64,000 nt of DNA from Patescibacteria group bacterium (GCA_041747555.1 JBGTEY010000010.1:2958-66957), one strand, 5' to 3'. Counted from the first letter of the stretch, positions 28,654 to 38,543 are shown. Translations and numbers: made by a program. The notes: generated from the letters alone by a model not told the origin.

Positions 28654-30486
28654 CTAGCGCTTGAGCGCGCGAGTGATGTCTTGCTTGCGTAGTCTCAAGA
28701 AGTTCGGTGTAACCTCAAGCATTTCATCTTCACTAATCAAGGTTAAAAATTGTTCGAGTGATGGCTTAAATGCTGGGGTAATGGTGACTGAGCCATCAGA
28801 TCCTGATGCGCGCATGTTGGTTAGCTTTTTGCCTTTGGTTAAGTTCATGACCATGTCTTCTGAGCGGGTGTTAAGTGCCACAACTTGACCTGCATACATT
28901 TCTTCTCCGGGAGAGACGAGAAGTTGACTGCGTTGTTGAGCCTTATCTATAGAATAAGCAGTCGCATTGCCTGTTTCTTGGGCAACAACTGCACCGCCAC
29001 GACTGGTTTCTGCGCGCTGAGCGAGTGGTCTGAACTCTAAAAATATAGAATTAAGAATGCCTTCTCCAGATGTGGTTGTCATAAGTTCTGTTCTAAAACC
29101 AATCAAGTTGGCGGTTGAGATTTCGTACTCGAATCGCACAGAAGATGGTAGTTTAATCATGTTGGTGAGCATTGCTAAGCGTTTTGCCATGCCGCTGGTG
29201 ATAGCGCCGGTGTATTCTTCTGGGACTTCGATTGTAACTTGTTCCCAAGGTTCGTGTGTTTTATCACCGATGTTCTTGAGCACGACTTGAGGGCGAGACA
29301 CTGAAAATTCATAGCCTTCTCGACGCATCGTTTCAATGAGGACGGCGATGTGCATTTCACCTCTTCCTATAATAGTGAGGCTTTCACCGGTATCTCCTGG
29401 TTCCATGCGGAGTCCGACGTTGGTCTCGAGTTCTTTGGTGAGACGATCTCGGAGCTGTCTTGAGGTTGAGTAGGTTGCATCTTTGCCAGAAAATGGTGAG
29501 GTATTGACCGAAAATTTCATTTTAACGGTTGGTTCGCTGATGTTGAGTGAGGGGAGTGCGGCTGTTTGGTCTGGATTGGTGATGGTTTGGCCAATACCCG
29601 GGCTTTTGAGACCTGCGATGGCGATGATTTCTCCTGGTCCTGCGAGATCAATTTCTTTTCGTTGGAGTCCGTGATAGTTGAAAAGATACTCAACCGTTGC
29701 GGTTTGAGCTTTGCTGCTGTCTGGGTTGAGAACCGCAATGCGTTGGCCTTTTTTGACCGTTCCTTGAGAAACACGGCCGATTGCTAGGGCACCGATGTGT
29801 TGGTCAGCATCTAAAGAAGTGATTTGAATTTGGAGCGGGAGGGTTTCATCGCCGGTTGGGGCTGGAATGTGGGAAATAATTGTTTCAAAAAGTGGGATTA
29901 GTGAGTCGCTATCGGTGATGGTGAGTGAATTGTCGGTTTGTGATTCTGTTTTGGTGCCGACGACGCCGTCGATTCCTCTGGCGACGAGTACAGGAAAGTC
30001 GAGTTGTGACTCATCTGTTGCTGATTCCAAGAAAAGATCGGTGATTTCTGATTCAACGTCCTCGAGTCTTTGATTTTTCTTGTCAACTTTGTTGATGATG
30101 ACAATGCATTTGAGACCGAGTTTGAGCGCGAGTTTGAGAACGAATTTGGTTTGTGAGAGGACGCCTTCTGCAGCGTCTACGAGTAAAATGCAGCCGTCTG
30201 CCATGTTAAGCACGCGCTCGACTTCACCAGAAAAATCTGCGTGGCCAGGAGTGTCAAGAATATTGATTTTGTAGTCTTTCCAGAACACTGCGGTGTTTTT
30301 GGCAACAATGGTGACGCCGCGCTCTCGTTCGAGATCGTTGCTGTCCATGATTGTAGTTTGGTCATTTTCTTTTTGATGTTCTGCAAAGGTTGCGGTTTGC
30401 TTCAGCATTCCGTCGAGAAGTGTCGTTTTCCCGTGGTCCACGTGAGCGATAATGGCAATGTTGCGAATGGTTTCTTTTTGTAACAT
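28654..30486 (-). CDS. typA: translational GTPase TypA/BipA
   Basis: RNIAIIAHVDHGKTTL, MDSNDLERERGVTI, DTPGHADFSGEVER, KKLTNMRASGSD, EVTP..LRLRK. Confidence 0.97.
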   Translation of the reverse strand: MLQKETIRNIAIIAHVDHGKTTLLDGMLKQTATFAEHQKENDQTTIMDSNDLERERGVTIVAKNTAVFWKDYKINILDTPGHADFSGEVERVLNMADGCILLVDAAEGVLSQTKFVLKLALKLGLKCIVIINKVDKKNQRLEDVESEITDLFLESATDESQLDFPVLVARGIDGVVGTKTESQTDNSLTITDSDSLIPLFETIISHIPAPTGDETLPLQIQITSLDADQHIGALAIGRVSQGTVKKGQRIAVLNPDSSKAQTATVEYLFNYHGLQRKEIDLAGPGEIIAIAGLKSPGIGQTITNPDQTAALPSLNISEPTVKMKFSVNTSPFSGKDATYSTSRQLRDRLTKELETNVGLRMEPGDTGESLTIIGRGEMHIAVLIETMRREGYEFSVSRPQVVLKNIGDKTHEPWEQVTIEVPEEYTGAITSGMAKRLAMLTNMIKLPSSVRFEYEISTANLIGFRTELMTTTSGEGILNSIFLEFRPLAQRAETSRGGAVVAQETGNATAYSIDKAQQRSQLLVSPGEEMYAGQVVALNTRSEDMVMNLTKGKKLTNMRASGSDGSVTITPAFKPSLEQFLTLISEDEMLEVTPNFLRLRKQDITRALKR

Positions 30487-30602
30487 GATGTGGATTTCTA
30501 GCTATTCACCCGTTCTTTTTTGGCCTATGTACAGGCACGAAGAAGTTATTGTAAATGAAATACCCAAAATCACAAGTATCTAGTTGGGTGTGACCAAAAA
30601 TG

Positions 30603-30634
30603 CTCAACAAATTCTCAATCTGGGTTGGTATTCT
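30603..30634 (+). promoter_or_regulatory. OmpR-type direct-repeat box plus -10 element
   Basis: CTCAACAAATTCTCAAT identical to 42220-42236; TATTCT at 30629. Confidence 0.6.
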
Positions 30635-30686
30635 AATTAATCTGGTTTCTGAGCATTTTTTGGTAGGATTAGAGGGTTTTTTTTCT

Positions 30687-31445
30687 ATGAATAAATTTTT
30701 AACCACTACACTACTTATACTACTTGTATACATCGGGTTTAGAGCGAGTCCTCTTTCGCAAAATACTGAGATTTCTGGCGCTCCACCGTATGGCGAACCA
30801 GAAAGCGCCGTTCCCGCTGGTGACGCTAATTCATGGCGAACAAATTGGGTGCGTCCGGACAAACCTCCTACGGTAGGAATTCAAGTTGGGCACTTGAAGA
30901 ACAGTGAATTACCCGAGGAACTCTCAAGGTTGATTGGAAATACTGGAGCGCAGGGTGGTGGCAAAACAGAAGCTGAAGTAAACTTCGAAATTGCCGAGTT
31001 ATTGGCTGCTCAACTTGAAGAAAAAGGAATCACGGTTGATATTATCCCTGCGACCGTGCCGCCTGATTACTGGGCAGATGTCTTTGTGGCAATTCATGCG
31101 GATGGGAGTGAAGATGTTCGCACGAGTGGTTTTAAAATTGCTGCACCTTGGAGGGATTTGAGTGGTGATGCCGGTGAGCTCGTGAGTAAGATGGAGACGT
31201 TGTATGCAGAATCAACTAATCTCCCAAAGGATCCAAACATCACCAGAAATATGCGTGGGTACTACGCCTTTGCCTGGTGGCGGTACGATCACTCGATCCA
31301 TCCCATGACGACGGCGATGATTGTTGAGACGGGGTTTTTGACTAGTGCGCATGATCGACAGATTATTGTTGGGCAGCCAGAAAGGTCTGCGACACCCATT
31401 GCAGAAGCAATTGTGTGGTATTTGAATAAAGAAGCCATATTATAA
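30687..31445 (+). CDS. N-acetylmuramoyl-L-alanine amidase (Amidase_3-like), secreted or anchored
   Basis: QVGH, E.EVN..IA, AIHAD and IVETGFLT Zn/catalytic motifs; N-terminal hydrophobic segment. Confidence 0.85.
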   Translation: MNKFLTTTLLILLVYIGFRASPLSQNTEISGAPPYGEPESAVPAGDANSWRTNWVRPDKPPTVGIQVGHLKNSELPEELSRLIGNTGAQGGGKTEAEVNFEIAELLAAQLEEKGITVDIIPATVPPDYWADVFVAIHADGSEDVRTSGFKIAAPWRDLSGDAGELVSKMETLYAESTNLPKDPNITRNMRGYYAFAWWRYDHSIHPMTTAMIVETGFLTSAHDRQIIVGQPERSATPIAEAIVWYLNKEAIL

Positions 31446-31473
31446 AGTTTTCCACGAAAATGGGATGTGACTA

Positions 31474-32238
31474 CTAGCCTAAATCTGAGAGCTCGGACAG
31501 TTCGATGCAATCTTGTTGGGTAAATGGTCCATTTGCGGTGCGGGTAATTGACCAAGTCGTGGCGGGGATGCCGATTTTATGTGCAATGTCTTGCGTTAGT
31601 TGTCTGATGTAGGTTCCAGAAGAGACCGTTACTTGGTGGCGAGTAATAATACGTTTTTCTGGTCCTGAGAGTGTTTCCTTCCAGTTTTGTAAAATTTCTT
31701 CTTGGCGAAACGCACCTTCAATTTTGCGAACTGAGTGCTGCTGAGTACTGAGAATTGCGTCCCCGTCCAATTCTTCAGTCATGTCAGCAGAAATAGCACT
31801 GAGTGAAACGTTACGAGATTTTTTGGGAATTTCGGTACCGATTTTAGCGTGGTCGTACGCTGAAGCTCCAGAAAATCTCCGGGCAGAAAAATTGGGAATT
31901 TGTTGTGAATAGGTTTTGGGAAAAGCGGCGCACGTTTGGAGGAGTGCGGGTTTGAGCGCTTCTGGTGAGGGAGTTTTGGCAAGGAAATTTGTGATCAAAC
32001 CAAGTGCGTCCCCCGAATCAGTTTCAACTCCCCAAAGAATTGAAAAGCGATATGATTTTTTCCAGTCAGAGAGATGTTCTTTGACAAATCTGTCATTTCC
32101 TGAGAGTAATACCAGCACACCTTCTGCCATTGGATCGAGCGTGCCAGTGTGGGTTGTTTTTTCATCCAGAAGTTGACTTGCGCGTGCGGCAAGTTGATGT
32201 GAGGATTCGCCAATTGGTTGCCACAGCGAAAAGATCAT
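31474..32238 (-). CDS. truB: tRNA pseudouridine(55) synthase TruB-like (short form)
   Basis: HTGTLDPMAEGVL, TDSGDALG, Q.IP.FSA, VSSGTYIRQL. Confidence 0.85.
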   Translation of the reverse strand: MIFSLWQPIGESSHQLAARASQLLDEKTTHTGTLDPMAEGVLVLLSGNDRFVKEHLSDWKKSYRFSILWGVETDSGDALGLITNFLAKTPSPEALKPALLQTCAAFPKTYSQQIPNFSARRFSGASAYDHAKIGTEIPKKSRNVSLSAISADMTEELDGDAILSTQQHSVRKIEGAFRQEEILQNWKETLSGPEKRIITRHQVTVSSGTYIRQLTQDIAHKIGIPATTWSITRTANGPFTQQDCIELSELSDLG

Positions 32239-32711
32239 GAACGGTCAGATTGTTTGATGGGCCCAGCAGTTGCAGGAGATGGTTTTGTAAACAATCGCCG
32301 CAGTATTTTAGTAACAAATGGTTGCAAACTAAAATGTCGCGCCTCTTCAAATGTCGCGAGTATTAGAAAAATAAAAGCATACATAATATTTAGATTGATG
32401 TAGCCAGTTTTTGGGGGAAATGATGCAAGGTAGAACAGGAGCATCATAAGAATGCCACACACTGCGGTGAAGCTCAAAAAGACTCCAAAAATCAATGCAA
32501 TCCCAATGCCAATTTCACCAAAAATAACTAGAAAATCAACAAGATTATTTCCTGCCATTGCACTGAAGTACTGCGAAAATGGTCCACTCGATGCCTCCAA
32601 AAAGCCAGTCGCAGAAAAATCAGAAAGTAATTTATCAATTCCAGATGTTAGAAAAAGAAGTCCAAAGGCGATGCGGGTGCTGACTAATACAACTGTTTTG
32701 GTGGGTTGCAT
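32235..32711 (-). CDS. DoxX/DoxD family membrane protein
   Basis: RIAFGLLFLTSGIDK, GFL...GPF..YF, GEIGIGIALIFG. Confidence 0.8.
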   Translation of the reverse strand: MQPTKTVVLVSTRIAFGLLFLTSGIDKLLSDFSATGFLEASSGPFSQYFSAMAGNNLVDFLVIFGEIGIGIALIFGVFLSFTAVCGILMMLLFYLASFPPKTGYINLNIMYAFIFLILATFEEARHFSLQPFVTKILRRLFTKPSPATAGPIKQSDRS

Positions 32712-32778
32712 GTTGCAAGTGTATCAGATTCTCGAGAAATGAAAATAAAGACTTGTTTGGAATGCTGTTTCGTGGCAA

Positions 32779-32793
32779 ACTACGGCTGGTAGT
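32779..32793. promoter_or_regulatory. putative BlaI/CopY-type operator (ACTAC-N5-GTAGT)
   Basis: Same half-sites and spacing as the palindrome at 49372-49386; lies between divergent doxX and cupredoxin genes. Confidence 0.45.
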
Positions 32794-32817
32794 AGTAATA
32801 AAAATTAAGGAAATCTT

Positions 32818-33279
32818 ATGACAAAATTATTCATGAGTACACTGCTTATTGTGATCGCAAGTGTAGCTTTGGCGGCATGTACACCAGAGCCAACGGTTAC
32901 GGATTCAGCTATGGAAGGTGTGCCTTCCACCGAAGAAGTTATGGAGAACACTGAAGAACTTGGTGACGAAGCTATGGAAGCAGTCGTTGCACTAGAAGTC
33001 ACCATGGATACCGGTGAATTCTTTTTTGCGCCAAACACACTCGAGGTTGAACCTGGTCAAACTGTTGAGTTGACGTTAACAAATTCAGAAGGTGAAATGC
33101 CTCATGATTTTGTGATCGACGAGCTCAATGTTCAGTCTGCAGAAATTGAGATGGGCGAGGAAACAGTCGTTACCTTCACTGTCCCCGAGACAGCCGCAGG
33201 AGAAACATATGAATTCTACTGTAGTGTCGGTGAACACCGTGAAAATGGCATGGTTGGAACACTTGTCGTTGCAGAGTAA
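32818..33279 (+). CDS. cupredoxin (type 1 copper) lipoprotein
   Basis: LAAC lipobox; PHDF...FYCSVGEHRENGM provides H/C/H/M ligands. Confidence 0.9.
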   Translation: MTKLFMSTLLIVIASVALAACTPEPTVTDSAMEGVPSTEEVMENTEELGDEAMEAVVALEVTMDTGEFFFAPNTLEVEPGQTVELTLTNSEGEMPHDFVIDELNVQSAEIEMGEETVVTFTVPETAAGETYEFYCSVGEHRENGMVGTLVVAE

Positions 33280-33302
33280 GTAGAATACTTTGAAAACAAA
33301 GC

Positions 33303-33336
33303 AGGGGGCGGATCTGTGTACACAGATCCGCCCCCT
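33303..33336. repeat. perfect 34-bp palindrome between convergent genes (REP-like or terminator)
   Basis: AGGGGGCGGATCTGTGT|ACACAGATCCGCCCCCT. Confidence 0.8.
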
Positions 33337-33370
33337 ATCTATAAAGTTATCCCTCAACTAATTAAAAAAC

Positions 33371-33835
33371 TTAAACCTCCAGTACTCTATTTTTCTGATG
33401 GCTCATCACAACTAGTCCCTGAACAATATCCAAAACTAGTGCTAGTGCGACTACCACCATCCATGAGCTTACGCCCAATCCAAACTGCTCAGCAAATCGT
33501 GACACAACCCAGATTCCACCAACATTAATCGCAAAATACGCGATCATCCACTCCATACTTGACAGCTTAGCTGCTTTTCTTGATTCATAATAATGCAAAA
33601 ATGGTGCCGCAAACGCCACAATCAGTGAAAGTGACCCTACCGCATGGAGTAGTGCCCACCCTCTGCTTATAGTATTGGTTCCTAGTACAACAGCTTCTGG
33701 AAACCACACATTGGCGAAGTGAACAACCAGACTATTTGTGACAAACAGTGCTAGAAACAGCAAAACCAGCATCATTCCACCTGTTGCACCACCTGGAACG
33801 ATTTTGTTTTCATTATTACTTTTTTTGACTGACAT
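33371..33835 (-). CDS. hypothetical 4-TM membrane protein
   Basis: Hydrophobic segments; AGGAG SD. Confidence 0.75.
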   Translation of the reverse strand: MSVKKSNNENKIVPGGATGGMMLVLLFLALFVTNSLVVHFANVWFPEAVVLGTNTISRGWALLHAVGSLSLIVAFAAPFLHYYESRKAAKLSSMEWMIAYFAINVGGIWVVSRFAEQFGLGVSSWMVVVALALVLDIVQGLVVMSHQKNRVLEV

Positions 33836-33927
33836 ATGCTCCTATTTTGTTTATAAATTTTCCCTGTTGCCAGTATACCCAAAATTCCAGTACTATGGAA
33901 AGTACGTAAAAACGCAAAGGCTACCAT

Positions 33928-35529
33928 ATGTCATCACCATCGAGCGCTGCACACAATACTGCAGAAAAAAATTCATCAGGCGAAAATAAAGAAGTTCTCA
34001 AAGTGGGAACCAAAAAGGTTCGCCTATTTAATAGAACATTTTCACTGCAAGTTTTTGTGGTTGGATTACTACTGCTCTTAGTGGTAGGTGTAGTTGGAAC
34101 GAGCTATATAATCAATTTCTCATCAACAGATAACAGAAGCCAAGCGCAAAGTCGCGGCGGCAGAGTCGCAGAAGGCGGCCGAGGCGGGGGTGAAGGCACA
34201 GATCCACGCGGTGGTCAGGGCGACCGTGGTGATACTGGCAGGCCAGGCAGACCAGGGAGTGGTGGTGGTTCGACACCACCCCCAGTAGGCACACCTCCCT
34301 CTTCTCCAGCTCCGACAGGTACTCCCACACCAACAGGAACTCCACCAGCAGGTGGTCGACCTGGTGGTGGCACAGGAGGTATTCAACCCTACGCAGGGGC
34401 TCCGGAGTGCGACGAGTCACTCCACAACGCCACTCAATGGCATGGACTTTGGAACTACGACGTCGGGTGTCACTATGATCATGAGCACAAAATGAATCCT
34501 AATGACTTAAATGATATTTTTGGAACTCAAATGTTCGAATGGGCGGGCGGTCAAACCATTTCATACCCTTGGCAAACCTACGCAGGAGCGGGGGTGAACT
34601 TTGAAAGCTACTTGCCAGGAACATGTACCGAGAACACCTGTAAGCATGAAGGATACAAATGGCTCTACTTCAGAGACAGAACATCCCCTGAGCAGATCAG
34701 TGGCGCGTTACTCCTCGGCGCACACGCCATAACCGATGCGCGTGTTCAATATCACGCAATTGGTGGTGAACTTGGCGCTTTAACGAGAACACACAGTGTC
34801 TCTGTGGAAGTAAAATCTTGTTACCACGGTATTGTGAGTGATGAAACCTGTGGAATTTATAAAGGCGCAGGTTGGCTCGATATGGGTCGATTAAATTATC
34901 CTGCGCGAGGAGTCTATCAACCGCTTCCAGGAGATCCACCTGAGTTTGCAAACACTGGTGCCGAACTTGCTCCGTACAGAATCCATGCAACCGGCAAGAA
35001 TAGCCTAGACTCTTGGCAGAGTGAAGGAAATGTGTACAACTACCTGCCAACTGATCCTAATGGACTATTCAGGCTCCGTGTTGGATACGGCGTGCACTTC
35101 CTGCAAGGAGAAAGTGTTGGCGAAACCAACCCACTCAACGCTGATGCAGCCACAAGTGAGACGCATTTCTGGTGTCTTGATAAAGCTACTGGTAAATACA
35201 CCTGCACCAATAATAATAGCGCTGCAGCATTATTTCGAACTTGGGTATCTATTCCACAATCACTTGATGGATCAATCTATGATGAGGATGGAACAAGAAA
35301 TGGCTATTTCACATTTCACGGATACACCAATCGATACGGTGATATAGTAGACAACTGTGCATCAGTCGGACTCGACTGTGTTCCGGTAGTTGCAGAAAAC
35401 TTCCCAATCGGAGGTTGCCAAAACCAAGACGGCATCTGTAAATCTGCCTACAGAGGAAGCACAGAGCAAGACGGCTGGGATGCCGATATCTCACCAGAGG
35501 GTGAGTGGTGGATAGGCTATCCTAACTAA
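33928..35529 (+). CDS. membrane-anchored surface protein with Gly/Pro linker and Cys/His-rich unknown domain
   Basis: Single TM, then GR/GG and PTGT low-complexity linker, then globular domain (WHGLWN...GCHYDHEH). Confidence 0.8.
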   Translation: MSSPSSAAHNTAEKNSSGENKEVLKVGTKKVRLFNRTFSLQVFVVGLLLLLVVGVVGTSYIINFSSTDNRSQAQSRGGRVAEGGRGGGEGTDPRGGQGDRGDTGRPGRPGSGGGSTPPPVGTPPSSPAPTGTPTPTGTPPAGGRPGGGTGGIQPYAGAPECDESLHNATQWHGLWNYDVGCHYDHEHKMNPNDLNDIFGTQMFEWAGGQTISYPWQTYAGAGVNFESYLPGTCTENTCKHEGYKWLYFRDRTSPEQISGALLLGAHAITDARVQYHAIGGELGALTRTHSVSVEVKSCYHGIVSDETCGIYKGAGWLDMGRLNYPARGVYQPLPGDPPEFANTGAELAPYRIHATGKNSLDSWQSEGNVYNYLPTDPNGLFRLRVGYGVHFLQGESVGETNPLNADAATSETHFWCLDKATGKYTCTNNNSAAALFRTWVSIPQSLDGSIYDEDGTRNGYFTFHGYTNRYGDIVDNCASVGLDCVPVVAENFPIGGCQNQDGICKSAYRGSTEQDGWDADISPEGEWWIGYPN

Positions 35530-35569
35530 ACCTCTCAGTTTCGACAGAGAGCGTTTCACAACGTAGTTA

Positions 35570-35606
35570 AAAAACCCTGGCTTGAGAAAAACAAGCCAGG
35601 GTTTTT
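35570..35606. terminator. bidirectional intrinsic terminator
   Basis: AAAAACCCTGGCTTG-loop-CAAGCCAGGGTTTTT between convergent genes. Confidence 0.85.
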
Positions 35607-35664
35607 GGTATGAAAATCTACTCAAAGAAGCACAAGACGAAAGCAAACGCGAATAAGTATAGAC

Positions 35665-36195
35665 TTAGAAAGAATTTTTTAGATACGAAGTATCTTTATC
35701 AAGCTGCTTGAGCACTGTTTCTTTGGCCTCATCAAGATCTTCTTGATGAACTACGGCAACTTCTTGTGCCAGAAATCGGAGCGCTTTTTTGAATAGTTGT
35801 TGCTTTCTTAATGAAAATTTACAATCAGGGTGTTGCTTGTGCATCCAGAGTTGTTTGGCAAGCGTTGCGACTTCTTCCAGATCATTTCCTTTGAGTGTTT
35901 CTGTGGCAGTTCGAACATTGATAATTTCTTCCTGGTCGCCTGGACTGTTAAGGATAGAGAAAATTTCTTTGAGCTTCTTCTTTGTGACTGGTTTTCGTTT
36001 ATTTGTGGATTCAATGTTATCAATTGGAATTGAACACATTATTGTTTTTGATTTGGTAGTTGTGAAGAGTGGGCGAAAATATACGTATTGTTTGCTATCA
36101 CCTTTGCCGTTTTTTTTGTCACGAATTTCTACAATCTCATGAGCCTTGCCGTTACTGATTAGTACGTCACCTGCTGAAAGTGAAAGTGAGCTCAT
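35665..36195 (-). CDS. CarD/CdnL-like transcriptional regulator
   Basis: GD.....G...IVEI Tudor-like N-domain, IPIDN....RK, helical C-domain L..E.A; GGAGG SD before ATG 36195. Confidence 0.7.
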   Translation of the reverse strand: MSSLSLSAGDVLISNGKAHEIVEIRDKKNGKGDSKQYVYFRPLFTTTKSKTIMCSIPIDNIESTNKRKPVTKKKLKEIFSILNSPGDQEEIINVRTATETLKGNDLEEVATLAKQLWMHKQHPDCKFSLRKQQLFKKALRFLAQEVAVVHQEDLDEAKETVLKQLDKDTSYLKNSF

Positions 36196-36413
36196 GAAAT
36201 CCTCCTTGTTTTGTCTGATTTTAGCGTCATATGCCAAAAGTGTAAGTGCATTCATCCTAGCAGAATACAGGCCCTTTTTCAAGGCTACGAGGCGCTCTCC
36301 GCTTGACAATAGGTGTTTGATTCGCATAGAGTGTGGGAACTGGTTACCAGTGAAAACTGTTCACGCAGACTGGTGCCATCTGTATAAGTAGTATTTTTCT
36401 AAAGGAGGCACAT

Positions 36414-36656
36414 ATGCCCAAAAAAATCTTATTATTCTCTGGACTACTCATGTCTATGTTCGTACTCAGTGCATGCACACCAGAAACTGCAGAAACTACA
36501 CCTGAACCAGCTGTGATGGAAGAAACAGTACCTGCAAATGATGCAATGGTAGATGACACTGCACCTGCTGATGAAGAAATGATTCGAGATCTCACGAATG
36601 AAGGTGAGCCAGAAGGTGGCGGAACAGATGACGCTATGATGGAGGATGAATATTAA
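36414..36656 (+). CDS. small acidic Met-rich lipoprotein
   Basis: AAAGGAGG SD; LSAC lipobox; E/D/M-rich mature part. Confidence 0.8.
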   Translation: MPKKILLFSGLLMSMFVLSACTPETAETTPEPAVMEETVPANDAMVDDTAPADEEMIRDLTNEGEPEGGGTDDAMMEDEY

Positions 36657-36748
36657 AATGCAATAGGTTGTTGCGATTCGCGTTGCAGCCGATTTGTAAG
36701 CAAAATGTAAGGTGCTTTGCGTAAAATAAAGTACATGAGGGGGAGAGC

Positions 36749-38500
36749 ATGGTCATTTTAACAATCTTCGCGTTTTTAGCAGGGATTGTGACCGTACTCT
36801 CTCCCTGCATTTTGCCCGTACTACCCATAGTTTTATCTGGATCTGTGGGGGAGGGTAAACGGAGGCCGCTCGGAGTTGTAACTGGTTTTGTTTTAAGTTT
36901 TACCTTTTTTACCCTATTTTTATCGAGTATCGTGCAGGCGACTGGCATATCCGCTGGTGCACTGAGGTCATTCTCTGTTGTAGTGATTATTGGTTTTGGA
37001 TTGAGCTTGGTAATACCGCAGGTACAGGCAGTACTTGAGCGGTTTTTTACATTTTTTAGTCGATTTAGTCCGCGAGGTTCACATGAAGGTTTTTCGGGGG
37101 GTGTGTTTGTTGGTTTGAGCCTTGGTCTTATCTGGACACCGTGTGTGGGTCCTATATTGGCATCAGTGATTTCGCTGGCAATTACGGGTTCAGTTTCTGG
37201 ATCTGCAGCGATCATCACGCTTGCGTATGCAATAGGTACAGCACTACCGATGCTTGCAATCGCTCGAGGTGGCAGACAATTATTAAACAAAGCGCCATTT
37301 CTTGTTCAAAACACTGGCACCATTCAAAAAGCATTTGGCGTACTCATGATCGTGACAGGGTTAGCAATTCATTTTAATGTCGATCGACAGTTCCAAACAT
37401 GGATTCTTGATCGTTTTCCAAATTATGGCACCGGTCTTACTAGACTTGAAGAAATTGACCTTGTAACCAACCAACTTGATTCACTTGGTGCAGGAAATGA
37501 CATGGACGCTGGCGGCAAACCTATGTTTTCACTCCTTGAGGAAAATATCTATCCACCAGCTCCAGAACTTATTGGTGGCACGCAGTGGATTAATTCGGAG
37601 CCATTGACGCTTGCAAATGAATTGAGCGGCAAGGTGGTGCTCATCGATTTTTGGACATACTCGTGTATTAATTGCATTCGCACCTTTCCGTACGTCACTG
37701 AGTGGTATGAAAAATACAAGGACCAGGGGTTTGTAATCATCGGCGTGCATTCACCAGAATTTGAATTTGAAAAAGACACACAAAATGTACTCGAAGCCAT
37801 GGCAGATTATGGAATTGAGTATCCGGTTGTGCAGGACAATGAATTTAAAATCTGGCGTGCATACCAAAATCGCTACTGGCCAGCACATTATTTAATCGAT
37901 AAGCAAGGTAACGTTCGTTATACTCATTTTGGCGAAGGAAAATATTTAGAAACCGAAAATAAAATCCGCGAACTTCTCGGTGAAACTGCCATTAGCGATC
38001 AAGCTGAAGATGAAGTTTCAACAGCGCGCCGTCGCCAAACTCCAGAGATTTACCTCGGCTATAAGCGAGCAGCGCACTACACAAGTGAAAATAGCATTGC
38101 AGAAGACCAAGTTGATGAGTACCAGTTTTCAAACACCTTAGCTGACGACGACGTAGGGATTTCTGGCGCTTGGTTGGTCGAGGCAGAGCGAATTAGTGCT
38201 CAAGAGCAGGATGCGACACTGAGCGGCAACTTTTTAGGTCAAAAATTCCATTTAGTACTGAGTCCAGACGATAATTTTTCAACAGGTTCAGAGGGTACGC
38301 AAACCGTTCAAATCCTTCTGAATGGTCAGCCTGTTCCCCTCGAGTACCAGACACAAGATATGAATGAAGAGGGGAGAATTGTCATTGATCGGCCACGAAA
38401 ATACGATTTGCTCGATTTGGGCGACGACTACGGTAGACACAGAATTGATATTATTTTCGACGAAGGTGTATCTGCGTATGCGTTTACATTTAGTTCCTAA
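36749..38500 (+). CDS. dipZ: DipZ-like protein (CcdA/DsbD TM domain + thioredoxin + C-terminal beta domain)
   Basis: LSPCILPVLP, WTPCVGPIL, DFWTYSCINC, GVHSPEFEFEK, TPEIYLG, YAFTF. Confidence 0.92.
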   Translation: MVILTIFAFLAGIVTVLSPCILPVLPIVLSGSVGEGKRRPLGVVTGFVLSFTFFTLFLSSIVQATGISAGALRSFSVVVIIGFGLSLVIPQVQAVLERFFTFFSRFSPRGSHEGFSGGVFVGLSLGLIWTPCVGPILASVISLAITGSVSGSAAIITLAYAIGTALPMLAIARGGRQLLNKAPFLVQNTGTIQKAFGVLMIVTGLAIHFNVDRQFQTWILDRFPNYGTGLTRLEEIDLVTNQLDSLGAGNDMDAGGKPMFSLLEENIYPPAPELIGGTQWINSEPLTLANELSGKVVLIDFWTYSCINCIRTFPYVTEWYEKYKDQGFVIIGVHSPEFEFEKDTQNVLEAMADYGIEYPVVQDNEFKIWRAYQNRYWPAHYLIDKQGNVRYTHFGEGKYLETENKIRELLGETAISDQAEDEVSTARRRQTPEIYLGYKRAAHYTSENSIAEDQVDEYQFSNTLADDDVGISGAWLVEAERISAQEQDATLSGNFLGQKFHLVLSPDDNFSTGSEGTQTVQILLNGQPVPLEYQTQDMNEEGRIVIDRPRKYDLLDLGDDYGRHRIDIIFDEGVSAYAFTFSS

Positions 38501-38543
38501 ATTCTCACCTCCCCCGCTCTCCTAATTTCCTACATGCAACTCA

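Noticed and set aside
36196-36327. N-terminal extension of the CarD-like ORF
   Set aside because: GGAGG precedes ATG 36195 and the extension overlaps the divergent promoter
36634-37290. 218-aa antisense ORF and similar shadow ORFs (e.g. 55880-56389, 14329-14817)
   Set aside because: They lie opposite well-supported genes and have no motifs
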